Positions 12,733 through 21,892 of a stretch of 40,891 nucleotides of DNA are shown one piece after another. A model generated the notes under the pieces. That model was not told the origin of the DNA. It worked only from the letters and a program-made list of their open reading frames with translations, and did no database searches. The position numbers and the translations under genes were made by a program. The stretch's first letter is position 1. The number at the start of each line of letters is the position of its first letter. Source of the DNA: an uncultured Methanosarcinales archaeon (lineage in GTDB: Archaea > Nanobdellota > Nanobdellia > Woesearchaeales > CALCXY01); NCBI GenBank assembly GCA_964385185.1, contig CAYLOA010000008.1, positions 1 to 40,891 of the forward strand, read 5' to 3'.

Positions 12733-13377
12733 GTGATGGGGGTCACATTGAATGTCACTAAATGTACTGAAAACTACGTAGATCAACGTCCAGATATTAG
12801 GGCATGTCTTCTTCAAAATTTACTCAATTTTTCTAAAGTAGCTCGAGCTATTCAGAAAGAACATGATATTAAAAACTTCGAAGCTATAGTAATCGCCCTA
12901 AGAAGATTTCAAGAAAAAATTCAAAAGAAAGAAGAAAACCTACAACCAACCATCAAACAATTACTTAAAGATTCAACAATGGAGATAAAAAATAAGGTGA
13001 TGGTCACCATAGTGCCCAAAAGTACGCATCCTGATACCTTAGAAGGTCTTGAAAAGACTATTCGTAAAGATCAAGGAGTATACCACCTTATCCAAGGAAC
13101 GACAACACTAACTATTGTTACACAAGAAGTGTACAAAGAAAAAATTAAAAAATTATTCGAAAATAAAATCATAAGTATGGAACATGATCTTGTAGATGTC
13201 ACCTTAAAATCAGATGAATCGGTAGAAACTGCAGTGGGATTTTTAGCTTATCTAACAACTCTAATGGCACACATAGATATTAACATTATAGAAATATTGT
13301 CAGCTTGGACAGACACTGTAATAATTATTCACAAAGATGATCTTTCAAAAATGATGGAATTAACTAAGCTTTGGTAA
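12733..13377 (+). CDS. ACT-domain-containing protein with N-terminal HTH-like region
   Basis: LLNFSKVARAI...IALRR; C-terminal G-F-LA...INIIEILSAWTDT. Confidence 0.8.
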   Translation: MMGVTLNVTKCTENYVDQRPDIRACLLQNLLNFSKVARAIQKEHDIKNFEAIVIALRRFQEKIQKKEENLQPTIKQLLKDSTMEIKNKVMVTIVPKSTHPDTLEGLEKTIRKDQGVYHLIQGTTTLTIVTQEVYKEKIKKLFENKIISMEHDLVDVTLKSDESVETAVGFLAYLTTLMAHIDINIIEILSAWTDTVIIIHKDDLSKMMELTKLW

Positions 13378-13378
13378 A

Positions 13379-13573
13379 TCACTCAAACTGCTCGTCTTCT
13401 TCCTCATCTTCGTCGTCGTCATCTTCATCGTCGTCATCTGCATCTTTCTCATCAGTCTCGTCAGCGTCATCATATCCCTTCATAAAACCTTCTTCTTCAG
13501 GACTAATTTCGTCGCTTTCCACGAGATCTCCACGAGAATCTCCATAGACACCGTCATCTGAGTCTTCTTCCAT
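13379..13573 (-). CDS. Small highly acidic protein
   Basis: DEISPEEEGFMKGY core plus a D/E tail; leaderless TATA spacing. Confidence 0.75.
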   Translation of the reverse strand: MEEDSDDGVYGDSRGDLVESDEISPEEEGFMKGYDDADETDEKDADDDDEDDDDEDEEEDEQFE

Positions 13574-13687
13574 AGGTAAAATTCATTCGATGTAATATAT
13601 AAGAATTATGGTTATATTTTATATAAGAATAATCTGAAATTCGCACCCAGTAGATAGATTTAAATAATTTTAGAAGACAATTAAGGT

Positions 13688-14056
13688 ATGTGGTATTTCC
13701 TACTCATTGCAATCGGAGTTATATTCGCTTTTGTAGCCTGGCTCATAGCAGGATTCTTACATTTCTGGATCATTTTCGGAACCAATGCCATTTTAATCTT
13801 ATTAATTGCACTAAGATCTAAAGCGGAACTCCATGAAAGAGAATTTGTAATTAGATACAAAACAGGAGCTATTATTGGAGGCATAATCACCTTAATTGTA
13901 TTTTTCTTTAACATCTCATTACCATTCTACCTAATAACTACATTCATGATAACTACATTCTTAGCGGTAAAAGGTATGGAGATTGCTGAATGGCACAATA
14001 AAAAGAATCCAAATAATTCTATGAAGTTGTTTTATGAGAAACTAATCAGAATGTAA
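13688..14056 (+). CDS. Hypothetical four-TM membrane protein
   Basis: Hydrophobic segments; TTTAAATA about 29 nt upstream. Confidence 0.7.
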   Translation: MWYFLLIAIGVIFAFVAWLIAGFLHFWIIFGTNAILILLIALRSKAELHEREFVIRYKTGAIIGGIITLIVFFFNISLPFYLITTFMITTFLAVKGMEIAEWHNKKNPNNSMKLFYEKLIRM

Positions 14057-14806
14057 CTACAAATCAACAAACTGGATAGGCTTACTACTCATTTTTATTT
14101 CTACAACATCTCCATGATCAAACTGTCTGACTTCATTTGAAGAATCTGCAACAAGTATACCATTCATTTTGGAAACAATTCTTAAACATCCTGTATGAGA
14201 TAACAATTTCTTCACTTTTGTAGGCCCTGTTCGTTTCCCATAATACGGTTCCCGAACAACATATTGAAAATTCTTTGAACGCAAAGGTAATTTCTTCCCA
14301 CCTGCAGATTTAATCCAAGCAGTACTTCCTGCACCTGTTCCCACTAACACTCCAGAACTTTTTTGAAACTCATCATCAATCTCATACGTTGCTGTGTGAT
14401 AGGGTTCTTCTGTAGTGATTAAAAACTCATTTAACGCTAAACGTGACCATGGTTTTCCATTAATCCAAGCTTCCAATCGATGTACACTCACAAACGTTTT
14501 CTTTTTTACGAAATCTTTAGTAAAATTCATACAATTAGTTCGTGTAAAAAATCCTTCTCTGGTTCCTGGATCAGAGTCGACTCCTAAAATCGGAGTACTG
14601 TCTTCCACAACGGAAGCACAACGTAGGAAGGTACCATCTCCACCATAACTTATGATCATATCTATCCCTGTAATATGATTCTTAGTAAGATGCATCCGCT
14701 CCACAGAAATAAAGGAAATGTCTAATGCACGTAATCCATCTAACACTTTCTCTAATTTATCTTTCTCTTTCGTTCTATAGACAACAAGAACCTTTCGAAT
14801 CTCCAT
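14057..14806 (-). CDS. nadK: NAD(+) kinase
   Basis: GGDGT, ALNE and G-STAW-SAGG motifs. Confidence 0.9.
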   Translation of the reverse strand: MEIRKVLVVYRTKEKDKLEKVLDGLRALDISFISVERMHLTKNHITGIDMIISYGGDGTFLRCASVVEDSTPILGVDSDPGTREGFFTRTNCMNFTKDFVKKKTFVSVHRLEAWINGKPWSRLALNEFLITTEEPYHTATYEIDDEFQKSSGVLVGTGAGSTAWIKSAGGKKLPLRSKNFQYVVREPYYGKRTGPTKVKKLLSHTGCLRIVSKMNGILVADSSNEVRQFDHGDVVEIKMSSKPIQFVDL

Positions 14807-14882
14807 AGGAATATGTTCTTAATTGGTTATTTAAAGATTGTGAATAATAACAATTAAATACTTCCACATTATTTACTATAAT

Positions 14883-14936
14883 ATGAATAGTAAAAACATG
14901 ACACAATCATTGTTATTACTAGTTCTACTTCTATAG
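14883..14936 (+). CDS. Putative leaderless leader peptide MNSKNMTQSLLLLVLLL (17 aa, Leu-rich)
   Basis: ATTAAATA at 14853 with the ATG 30 nt downstream; 7 Leu + 1 Val in the last 8 codons. Confidence 0.6.
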   Translation: MNSKNMTQSLLLLVLLL

Positions 14937-15029
14937 ACATACCTTCCCTACAAGTCTGGTCAACAAGGGGGATGACAAGAAAAACTGAAACCTATTTTTA
15001 TTTTTTGTAAAACCCTATGAGGTAAAAAA

Positions 15030-15278
15030 ATGAAAAAACACATAAACGAAGTAGCAGACTTTGAGACAAAACAACCTGGTATAAGAGGCATCGTAAAAGA
15101 TGTAAGTTCCAATAGCATTGTGATGATGCTCAAGGATGAAAATAGAACAAGAGTCTTTGTTCCAGAAGCCTCAATACTCTTTAAAGAAAACCAGATGGTG
15201 AGTGTGTATGGAAACAGAGAGCGTCCACAAGCAGTAGTAAACTACGAAACGCAGATAGCTTATATCAAGGACCCCTAG
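15030..15278 (+). CDS. Small hypothetical protein (beta-rich, possibly OB-like)
   Basis: ORF with GAGGT SD. The fold assignment is a guess. Confidence 0.65.
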   Translation: MKKHINEVADFETKQPGIRGIVKDVSSNSIVMMLKDENRTRVFVPEASILFKENQMVSVYGNRERPQAVVNYETQIAYIKDP

Positions 15279-16596
15279 AACCTTTTTTATATTTTTTTAA
15301 TTTTATTTTCTTCCATTTTTTAACAATGGCATCAATAAACTTCCAAGAAGCTTCAATCTCATCTGCACGTGTGAACAACGTTTGATCTCCCGTCGCAATA
15401 TCGTGAATCATTTTCTCATAAGCATCTATACCGGTTGTCCCAAACTCTGTTGCGGTTGAAAAATTCATCTTCACTTCTTTACTCGTCATCTCTGTCCCCA
15501 CTTCTTTCGTGTTAAAATAACAATTAATATCTCCACGAGGTTGGATATTGATATCAATCTTATTAGGAACAATAGGAAATCCAAAAATATTAGGAATTGC
15601 TTTGAAATACACCTTGACTCCAGCCTCTCGATTATGAAGCATCTTTCCTGTCTCAATGGTAATAGGAACACCTTTCCATCGTGGATTATTTACTTCCACC
15701 TGTAATTTTACATACGTCTCAGTATCAGAACCTTTAGCAATCTTATCTTCTTTAGTATAACCAACATACTGTCCCCTCACTACTTTAGATAAATCCACTT
15801 TTTTCAAAGATTTTACCACTTTAACTTTTGCATCACGTACATCTTTCTCAGAAAAACTCTTGGGTTTGTCCATAGTAACCAAACTTAAGGTTTGCATCAA
15901 ATGATTCTGAACCATATCTTTGAAGGCTCCTGTTTCGTCATAGTAGCCTCCCCGTGTTCCTACACCAACCGTTTCATGGGCATAAATCTCAATCTTCTCA
16001 ATAGAATCCCCATTCCAATCATTTTGAAACACAGGATTTGAAAATCTTAATAATACTAAATTCTGAACTGCTTCTTTTCCTAAATAATGATCAATTCTAT
16101 AGATTTGCTTTTCATCGAATAACTTTCTAATCTCTTTGTTTAATTTCTTTGCACTCTTAAGATCATGTCCAAAGGGTTTTTCAAACACAACAGATACTTT
16201 TTTTCGATGTTGTTCAACAAATCCACAATGATCTAATTGTTCTACAATCGGAGCAAAGAAATGAGGTGCAACAGCCAAATAACAGATAATATTTTTCTTA
16301 AGGTTCTTACTCAGATAAGAAGGAATCATACAAATCTTCCCTTTATCTTGGAAATCTGCAATAAAATAACTAATTCGATCTACAAATAATTTTTTAGGAC
16401 GTTTTAGAAATGAGGTAACGAAGGTTCGATAGTGTTGATCTTTCCAAGGACGTCTTCCCATTCCAATGATGTTAAAATCAACGCCTTTTTTATAGAGCTC
16501 ATACAATGCAGGGATAAGTTTTCTCTTAGTAAGATCTCCAGTAGATCCAAAAAGAATGATTGTAAATGGCTCTATCTTGCCCCTCTTTTTTTCCAT
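15265..16596 (-). CDS. zwf: Glucose-6-phosphate dehydrogenase (bacterial type)
   Basis: GSTGDL, EKPFG, RIDHYLGKE, DMVQNH and RWKGVP motifs. Confidence 0.97.
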   Translation of the reverse strand: MEKKRGKIEPFTIILFGSTGDLTKRKLIPALYELYKKGVDFNIIGMGRRPWKDQHYRTFVTSFLKRPKKLFVDRISYFIADFQDKGKICMIPSYLSKNLKKNIICYLAVAPHFFAPIVEQLDHCGFVEQHRKKVSVVFEKPFGHDLKSAKKLNKEIRKLFDEKQIYRIDHYLGKEAVQNLVLLRFSNPVFQNDWNGDSIEKIEIYAHETVGVGTRGGYYDETGAFKDMVQNHLMQTLSLVTMDKPKSFSEKDVRDAKVKVVKSLKKVDLSKVVRGQYVGYTKEDKIAKGSDTETYVKLQVEVNNPRWKGVPITIETGKMLHNREAGVKVYFKAIPNIFGFPIVPNKIDINIQPRGDINCYFNTKEVGTEMTSKEVKMNFSTATEFGTTGIDAYEKMIHDIATGDQTLFTRADEIEASWKFIDAIVKKWKKIKLKKYKKGSRGP

Positions 16597-16609
16597 CTAT
16601 ACACCTAAA

Positions 16610-17308
16610 CTATTGTTTTATGTCTAAATCTGTAATAATAATGTGTTCTTTAAGTTTGTTGACTACTTTCAAAGGACACTCTTCTACTGAAGTGCTCCCT
16701 TCAAGGTATCTTTCCATCGCTTCTTTCTTAGAAGCATCAAAAACTAAGACAATTGCAACATTACTCTTCTCTATCATTTTCCGAGATGCTGTTAACCTTT
16801 CAGGAGGGGGTTTAGGACTATCATCCAAAAACATAAACCCCTCACTGTCATCTTTAATGGAATGATGATTAGGGAATAATGACGCAATATGTCCATCAGG
16901 TCCAATCCCTAACAATAATAGATCGAATGATAAATCACCTTGGATTTTCTCTAAAGTTTCATTATAATCTGATACCATTACACTTCGAGCTTCTTGATAG
17001 GGAATCGGATGGATATGATCATCATCAATGATTTTCTTTAAAGGATCAAAAAATAATTCTTTTGCTTGACGAAAGTTGCTATCTTCATGGTCTAAAGGGA
17101 CTACACGATCATCAACAAAGAAATAATGAGCTTTTCCTAATACAGGATCTGCCCTATTTGCCAATTCTTTAAAAATTCCTACAACAGTACTTCCCCCAGA
17201 AAGGGCGACAACAGCTTCTTCTTTAGTATCAAGAATCTTTCTGAGATGTTCTAGAAAGATATCTGCAGATTTCTTAGTTATCTCTCCGAATTTAACTTTT
17301 AATAGCAT
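16610..17308 (-). CDS. pgl: 6-phosphogluconolactonase
   Basis: LSGGST, DDRVVP, DSN, LLGIGPDGHIASLFP and PKPPPERLT motifs. Confidence 0.95.
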   Translation of the reverse strand: MLLKVKFGEITKKSADIFLEHLRKILDTKEEAVVALSGGSTVVGIFKELANRADPVLGKAHYFFVDDRVVPLDHEDSNFRQAKELFFDPLKKIIDDDHIHPIPYQEARSVMVSDYNETLEKIQGDLSFDLLLLGIGPDGHIASLFPNHHSIKDDSEGFMFLDDSPKPPPERLTASRKMIEKSNVAIVLVFDASKKEAMERYLEGSTSVEECPLKVVNKLKEHIIITDLDIKQ

Positions 17309-17446
17309 TGTATAACCCTAACTGACCATAACGACAGAACTTTAAAAACATTTGTGTTTTAATTATAAATTCAAAGTTAATTTAAATCAAGTATAGAAAT
17401 ATTTATATAACTTCATCCTAGGAGTAAACTATCAGGGGGAATTCAT

Positions 17447-18340
17447 ATGACAAAAATAGGAATTGTAGGATTAGGAAGAATGGGGTATAATATGGTAGAG
17501 CGTTTGCTCAAACATAAACATACCGTTGTAGCTCATAACAGAAGTCCAGAGAAAGTTGATTCTATTGCTAAAAAAGGAGCAATTCCAGCGTATTCTATCA
17601 AAGAGTTAATGGATAATCTAGATGAAAGAAAAATTGTATGGTTAATGCTTCCAGCAGGAGATGTGACTGATAAAAATATGAAAGAAGCTCTTGAATTAAT
17701 GAAAGAAGGAGATATTATGATCAATGGAGCAAATTCATTTTACGAAAATGCTGAGAAACACGATAAATGGTGTAAAGAAAAAGGAGTTTATTTCTTTGAC
17801 TGCGGAGTTTCCGGTGGAGTCTGGGGTTTAAAGAATGGATATCCACTTATGATTGGAGGTCCAAAAGATCAATTCAAAGTAATTGAACCATTTATGAAAT
17901 CACTATCTACTAAAAATGGCTATAAATATTTTGGTCCAGCAGGATCTGGCCACTTTGTGAAAAGTGTACACAACATTGTTGAGTATACTTATTTACAAGG
18001 CTTAGCTGAAGGGGTAGAACTCTTAAGTAAGTTCAAACATAAGATTAAATTAGACGAAGCAACTGAAGGATGGCAAGATTCATCTGTAGTGAGAAGTTGG
18101 TTATTAGATTTAACAACAATTGCATTACGAAGACCTGATTTTAAAGACATTGGAACTGAAATTGGTTCAGTAACTATAGAAGAATTGCAACACACCAAAG
18201 AAGCTGTGAAAGGATACGCTCCTGCATTTGATGTTGCTGTTAAAATCCGTAAAAGCAAAGGAGATGATTTTCAATTAGGAAAACGAGTAATCTCTGCTGT
18301 TAGAAACGAATTCGGCGGTCACGCAGTTGAGAAGAAATAA
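17447..18340 (+). CDS. gnd: Short-chain decarboxylating 6-phosphogluconate dehydrogenase (YqeC-like)
   Basis: GLGRMG, WLMLPAG, VSGGVWG, GHFVKxVHNxVEY and RNEFGGH motifs. Confidence 0.93.
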   Translation: MTKIGIVGLGRMGYNMVERLLKHKHTVVAHNRSPEKVDSIAKKGAIPAYSIKELMDNLDERKIVWLMLPAGDVTDKNMKEALELMKEGDIMINGANSFYENAEKHDKWCKEKGVYFFDCGVSGGVWGLKNGYPLMIGGPKDQFKVIEPFMKSLSTKNGYKYFGPAGSGHFVKSVHNIVEYTYLQGLAEGVELLSKFKHKIKLDEATEGWQDSSVVRSWLLDLTTIALRRPDFKDIGTEIGSVTIEELQHTKEAVKGYAPAFDVAVKIRKSKGDDFQLGKRVISAVRNEFGGHAVEKK

Positions 18341-18378
18341 AACATACCTTTAAAAAAGAAAAAGGACTCTCTATCCAT

Positions 18379-18921
18379 ATGGATAGTACTCGAAGACAAT
18401 TTGGTGAAAGTGTAAGAAATCTAGGCATAGGAATATGTAGTTTATCATTTCTTCAAGCAGAAGACAATGTTTCTGTTGAACAATTAATTGAACAAAATAA
18501 AAAATACCTAGCAGATACTTTCAGCATGTTAGATGAAATGGGAGATGTATATGACCATACTGTAAATGAATTAGATCGGAGAAATGTACATAAATGGGAA
18601 TTTGCACATATACAATTAAGATATAAATTTGATCTAGTACGCCAATCAGGAAATGGAGAAATACGTCCCAATGTAATTATTAAGAGATATGAAGGACGTG
18701 CTGCAACATACATTGATCAAGATGGAGATGGACAATTAAATCATCTATTAAGGAAAAGAAATCTCGAAAAAATTGAATCAGGAGATATAGCTTCACTTGA
18801 AGTACCAAGTAATATTCAAATGCAAAAAGAGTATAATTATGCATTAAGAACAATTCACAATCATGTAAAAAGAGGATATTCGTTTGCTCAAAAGATAAAA
18901 GTCATAAATCAAAAGAAATAA
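18379..18921 (+). CDS. Hypothetical exported protein, twin-arginine-like N-terminus
   Basis: STRRQFG; DQDGDG Dx[DN]xDG-like loop. Confidence 0.55.
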   Translation: MDSTRRQFGESVRNLGIGICSLSFLQAEDNVSVEQLIEQNKKYLADTFSMLDEMGDVYDHTVNELDRRNVHKWEFAHIQLRYKFDLVRQSGNGEIRPNVIIKRYEGRAATYIDQDGDGQLNHLLRKRNLEKIESGDIASLEVPSNIQMQKEYNYALRTIHNHVKRGYSFAQKIKVINQKK

Positions 18922-18977
18922 ATCCAAATTACCCACTTTTCCTATAATCTTTTAAATCAAAGGAAATTCCATTCTAC

Positions 18978-19376
18978 ATGGTTGAAAGAAATCGATTACT
19001 GACATATGTATTGCCCGTAGGATTTGCAACTGCTGTATCAGTTTATCTCCTATTTGATACTTGGCAAAAGAACCTTAGAGATGATACTCTGCAAACAACT
19101 GCAGACATATGTGACATTCTCAAACAAAATAATGATGCTGTAACCTATAAGGGTCAAAATGGATATACCATCACAATGCACACATTAACAAAAGATGGAA
19201 TAGAATATAGGTGCATAAATTACTCAAATAGTCCTAAAGAAGTTTCTTTAACGATTCAGGATCCAACATCTAAGGAAGAACCTTGTGTCATGATTAGTAA
19301 TTCTCAGGTAGTGTTAGAGAATAGTAATTCTCAGTCACTGCGTCAAAAAGTAGTATCAATATGGCAAAGTTATTAA
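18978..19376 (+). CDS. Hypothetical membrane-anchored protein
   Basis: N-terminal TM segment; TATA upstream. Confidence 0.65.
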   Translation: MVERNRLLTYVLPVGFATAVSVYLLFDTWQKNLRDDTLQTTADICDILKQNNDAVTYKGQNGYTITMHTLTKDGIEYRCINYSNSPKEVSLTIQDPTSKEEPCVMISNSQVVLENSNSQSLRQKVVSIWQSY

Positions 19377-19421
19377 AATAAAATAAAAATAAATCGTAGA
19401 GTTTCTGAATACCACGACAAA

Positions 19422-19760
19422 CTAACAGGTAAATAGTTCAAATTGATGATTAGAGGGTAACGAATTCAATATGTAATCATCCTTTAAACTATTCCATTCT
19501 TTAAGTCCATAAAAAGAAACACCAAAAGCATCAATCTCTTTTTTATGCAATACAGCATTATCTCCTAATATCAATTCTCCAATATCACAACAACCTGGCT
19601 TTGTGAAATATTTAAAAATCGGATGATTAGCTCTAGCTCTATGTTCTTCATAAAAACCAACTAACATGACAGATTGGTGTATAGCATACAATTGTTCAAC
19701 AGAGGGTTGTACTTTCATAGCTACTAGAGAATATAGATCATTTATTAAATAAATTGACAA
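19422..19760 (-). CDS. Hypothetical protein (start may be the MKVQ Met)
   Basis: ORF only. Confidence 0.5.
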   Translation of the reverse strand: MSIYLINDLYSLVAMKVQPSVEQLYAIHQSVMLVGFYEEHRARANHPIFKYFTKPGCCDIGELILGDNAVLHKKEIDAFGVSFYGLKEWNSLKDDYILNSLPSNHQFELFTC

Positions 19761-19777
19761 ATATATTCCAATAAGAA

Positions 19778-20044
19778 TTAATCCAAATCAACAACATTAC
19801 TTGTCTTCACTTTAATACCTAACTTTCTAACATTAGCTTGATCAGTAATTTCTTTGTTAGTAATAGACATAAATTCACTATACCCTTCAGGTTTTAATTT
19901 ACGCATAAGAAATCTAAAGGTATCGATATGTGTCTTCTGAACCTTACCAAATAAGGTATGTTTACCAACACATCGATTACAGATGAAATTTTTTCCAATC
20001 ATCTCTAACCATTGATCTTCTGTCTTGCAATTATCACACTTCAT
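19778..20044 (-). CDS. Small CxxC...CxxC zinc-finger protein
   Basis: MKCDNC...ICNRC. Confidence 0.7.
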   Translation of the reverse strand: MKCDNCKTEDQWLEMIGKNFICNRCVGKHTLFGKVQKTHIDTFRFLMRKLKPEGYSEFMSITNKEITDQANVRKLGIKVKTSNVVDLD

Positions 20045-20132
20045 ATCTTAATAACCTCTAGTGTATATTATAAAGCTTTCTTTATAAAATTTAAACAAAA
20101 AATTATTATAGTTTAAAGCCTCAATACATCAC

Positions 20133-20246
20133 ATGAAACATAAAAATTACGACACAGATCAAATTCTTTTACATTTTGCATATGCATTGGGATGTACTTC
20201 AATTATTGTTACTGTATTCATGATATTTTGGGCAATCTTACAATAA
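20133..20246 (+). CDS. 37-aa single-TM microprotein
   Basis: Hand translation MKHKNYDTDQILLHFAYALGCTSIIVTVFMIFWAILQ; TA-rich box about 30 nt upstream. Confidence 0.55.
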   Translation: MKHKNYDTDQILLHFAYALGCTSIIVTVFMIFWAILQ

Positions 20247-20311
20247 AATAGAACTATCTTCTATATCTATCTTGAATACCCTTTATAAAGGACTGAGCTA
20301 ATATACATATT

Positions 20312-20460
20312 AGTCTAAACACACTCCGATATCAACCCTGATATCATGTTACAATTGAAAAATTGTAACGTTTGGAAATGTTCACATTTCCATCAATTTA
20401 ACGCAATCAAAAGACGGGTTTAAGCACCTCTTTTCCCCGTCGATTGATTCTTTTTTTTCT
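20312..20460 (+). ncRNA. Candidate structured small RNA (four hairpins plus T8)
   Basis: TTTATAAA at 20282 with no ATG at the expected start. Hairpins at 20328-20345, 20348-20369 (GAAA loop), 20373-20392 and 20405-20449, then T8. Confidence 0.65.
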
Positions 20461-20505
20461 TTATTATTATCAACTTTTATATACAAGTTCTTCCTAAATC
20501 ACTCT

Positions 20506-20769
20506 ATGGTCAAAGTAGAATCTTGGGGATATTTAGTAGCACTATTAGCTGTAATCGTTATAGGGACTAACTTTGTAGCCAATACAGACACCGTCGGTAG
20601 AGCTTATGGAGTTCTTTCAAGAGAAGATACTCGATGTTCTAATGGTGAAGCTTACGTAACTTGCTTGGATAACCTAAGAGATGCTAAAATATGTGACGAA
20701 ATTCTTGAATCACCTCAAAATTTTCCAAATATGGCTCAAACAGACTTTGGATATGAAGGTTGTGCATAA
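20506..20769 (+). CDS. Small secreted or membrane-anchored Cys-containing protein
   Basis: N-terminal hydrophobic helix; TATA upstream. Confidence 0.65.
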   Translation: MVKVESWGYLVALLAVIVIGTNFVANTDTVGRAYGVLSREDTRCSNGEAYVTCLDNLRDAKICDEILESPQNFPNMAQTDFGYEGCA

Positions 20770-20896
20770 CTTTTTCTTCAAAAAATGACCAAATACAAAC
20801 TATAATTTCTGTTTTAGTAAGCAATTATCAAAACCATTTTCTTTTCACTAACAAGTAATTATAAACATTTATATACTACCTGTATACATAAAGGTA

Positions 20897-21130
20897 TACT
20901 AACATACACCATATGTCTAACTGGACATATGGTCTTCGAGACAACATAGCAGTGAAGAAATAATGTTGATCGATAAATTACATCAAATTAAAGTTAATTT
21001 GGGTAGCGAATTTGGCCCAAATTTTCTTTGCTTACATTCATAGGCAGGCGCAGTAAGGCGTCCAGATTTGGACACCAAACAACCGCTAGACGGCAAACAG
21101 CCTTATTTCCACAGCCTGCCATGATTTTTT
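20897..21130 (+). ncRNA. Candidate structured leader RNA or ncRNA upstream of 21134..21373
   Basis: TTTATATA at 20868. Hairpins at 20908-20933, 20942-20968 and 20996-21023, a multibranch domain at 21039-21123, then T6. Confidence 0.6.
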
Positions 21131-21133
21131 ACT

Positions 21134-21373
21134 ATGCAAACCGAAACATTTCAAACAAACGTTGACTCCTGGATCAAAGAGATTAATGGACGAGTATCTA
21201 AATCTGAAGAAGCTAATAAAATCTTGACTGAAAATCAAGGCAATATTGAGCATAATTACGAATTAATCCATGAATTAAGAGATACAGTGGAAGAATTAAA
21301 AGCTGAAATCAGAAAATTAAAGTTAATTCAACTCTATACACTCAAAAAGAAAGTACCTGAGTTACAACATTAG
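21134..21373 (+). CDS. Small coiled-coil protein
   Basis: Heptad pattern (NIEHNYELIHELRDTVEELKAEIRKLK). Confidence 0.75.
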   Translation: MQTETFQTNVDSWIKEINGRVSKSEEANKILTENQGNIEHNYELIHELRDTVEELKAEIRKLKLIQLYTLKKKVPELQH

Positions 21374-21385
21374 TTCTAAGCAAAT

Positions 21386-21718
21386 CTAAACAATTTGATT
21401 CTCAATATTCTTTAAAATATCAGACAATCCAAAGAATAGATTTCTATGTGTAACTTCAGAAGTAAACTGCTTTCCATTCACTAAACATTGGGCATGTAAT
21501 TCACATTGACCATGACCTTCTTTTTTCTCATGAACTTTTTTAAGTGTAATTTTAATAGAACCAAACTTTGGAGCTTTCTCTGAAATTATTTTTACTCCAT
21601 GACCGACAATCTTCCTAATAATAGGCATACTCCCTTGTTGAAGTTCTCTGAACCCAGTTAACTCTATCTGACTTCCTAATTGTATATCCTCAGAATCTGC
21701 CACCCCTGTTTGTTCCAT
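21386..21718 (-). CDS. Hypothetical protein, possibly HPF/RaiA-like fold
   Basis: beta-alpha-beta-beta-beta-alpha-like pattern ending NLFFGLSDILKNIENQI. Confidence 0.5.
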   Translation of the reverse strand: MEQTGVADSEDIQLGSQIELTGFRELQQGSMPIIRKIVGHGVKIISEKAPKFGSIKITLKKVHEKKEGHGQCELHAQCLVNGKQFTSEVTHRNLFFGLSDILKNIENQIV

Positions 21719-21775
21719 CTCGATATTACATTTTAAGAAGTCAAGGTTTAAAAAGATTATGATAATACACTTTAT

Positions 21776-21892
21776 ATGAACGTAGAACCGTTACCAAAAG
21801 AATTCTTATTGAAAAGAGGCTACTGTTGTGGTAGTGGTTGCAAGAATTGTCCCTATGATCCTAAATATAAAGAAGGGAATACTAAAACTTAG
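21776..21892 (+). CDS. DUF5522-like Cys-cluster microprotein (38 aa)
   Basis: Hand translation FLLKRGYCCGSGCKNCPY; TTTAAAAA 29 nt upstream. Confidence 0.85.
   Translation: MNVEPLPKEFLLKRGYCCGSGCKNCPYDPKYKEGNTKT

Noticed and set aside
8742..20886. 13-mer TACTACCTGTATA shared by the gyrB promoter (8754-8742) and 20874-20886
   Set aside because: A single match of this length is plausible by chance in AT-rich DNA, and the offsets from TATA differ.
20346..20963. Short ORFs inside the structured RNAs (20346-20423; 20913-20963)
   Set aside because: ATGs are not at the leaderless position, have no SD, and lie in or between stems.
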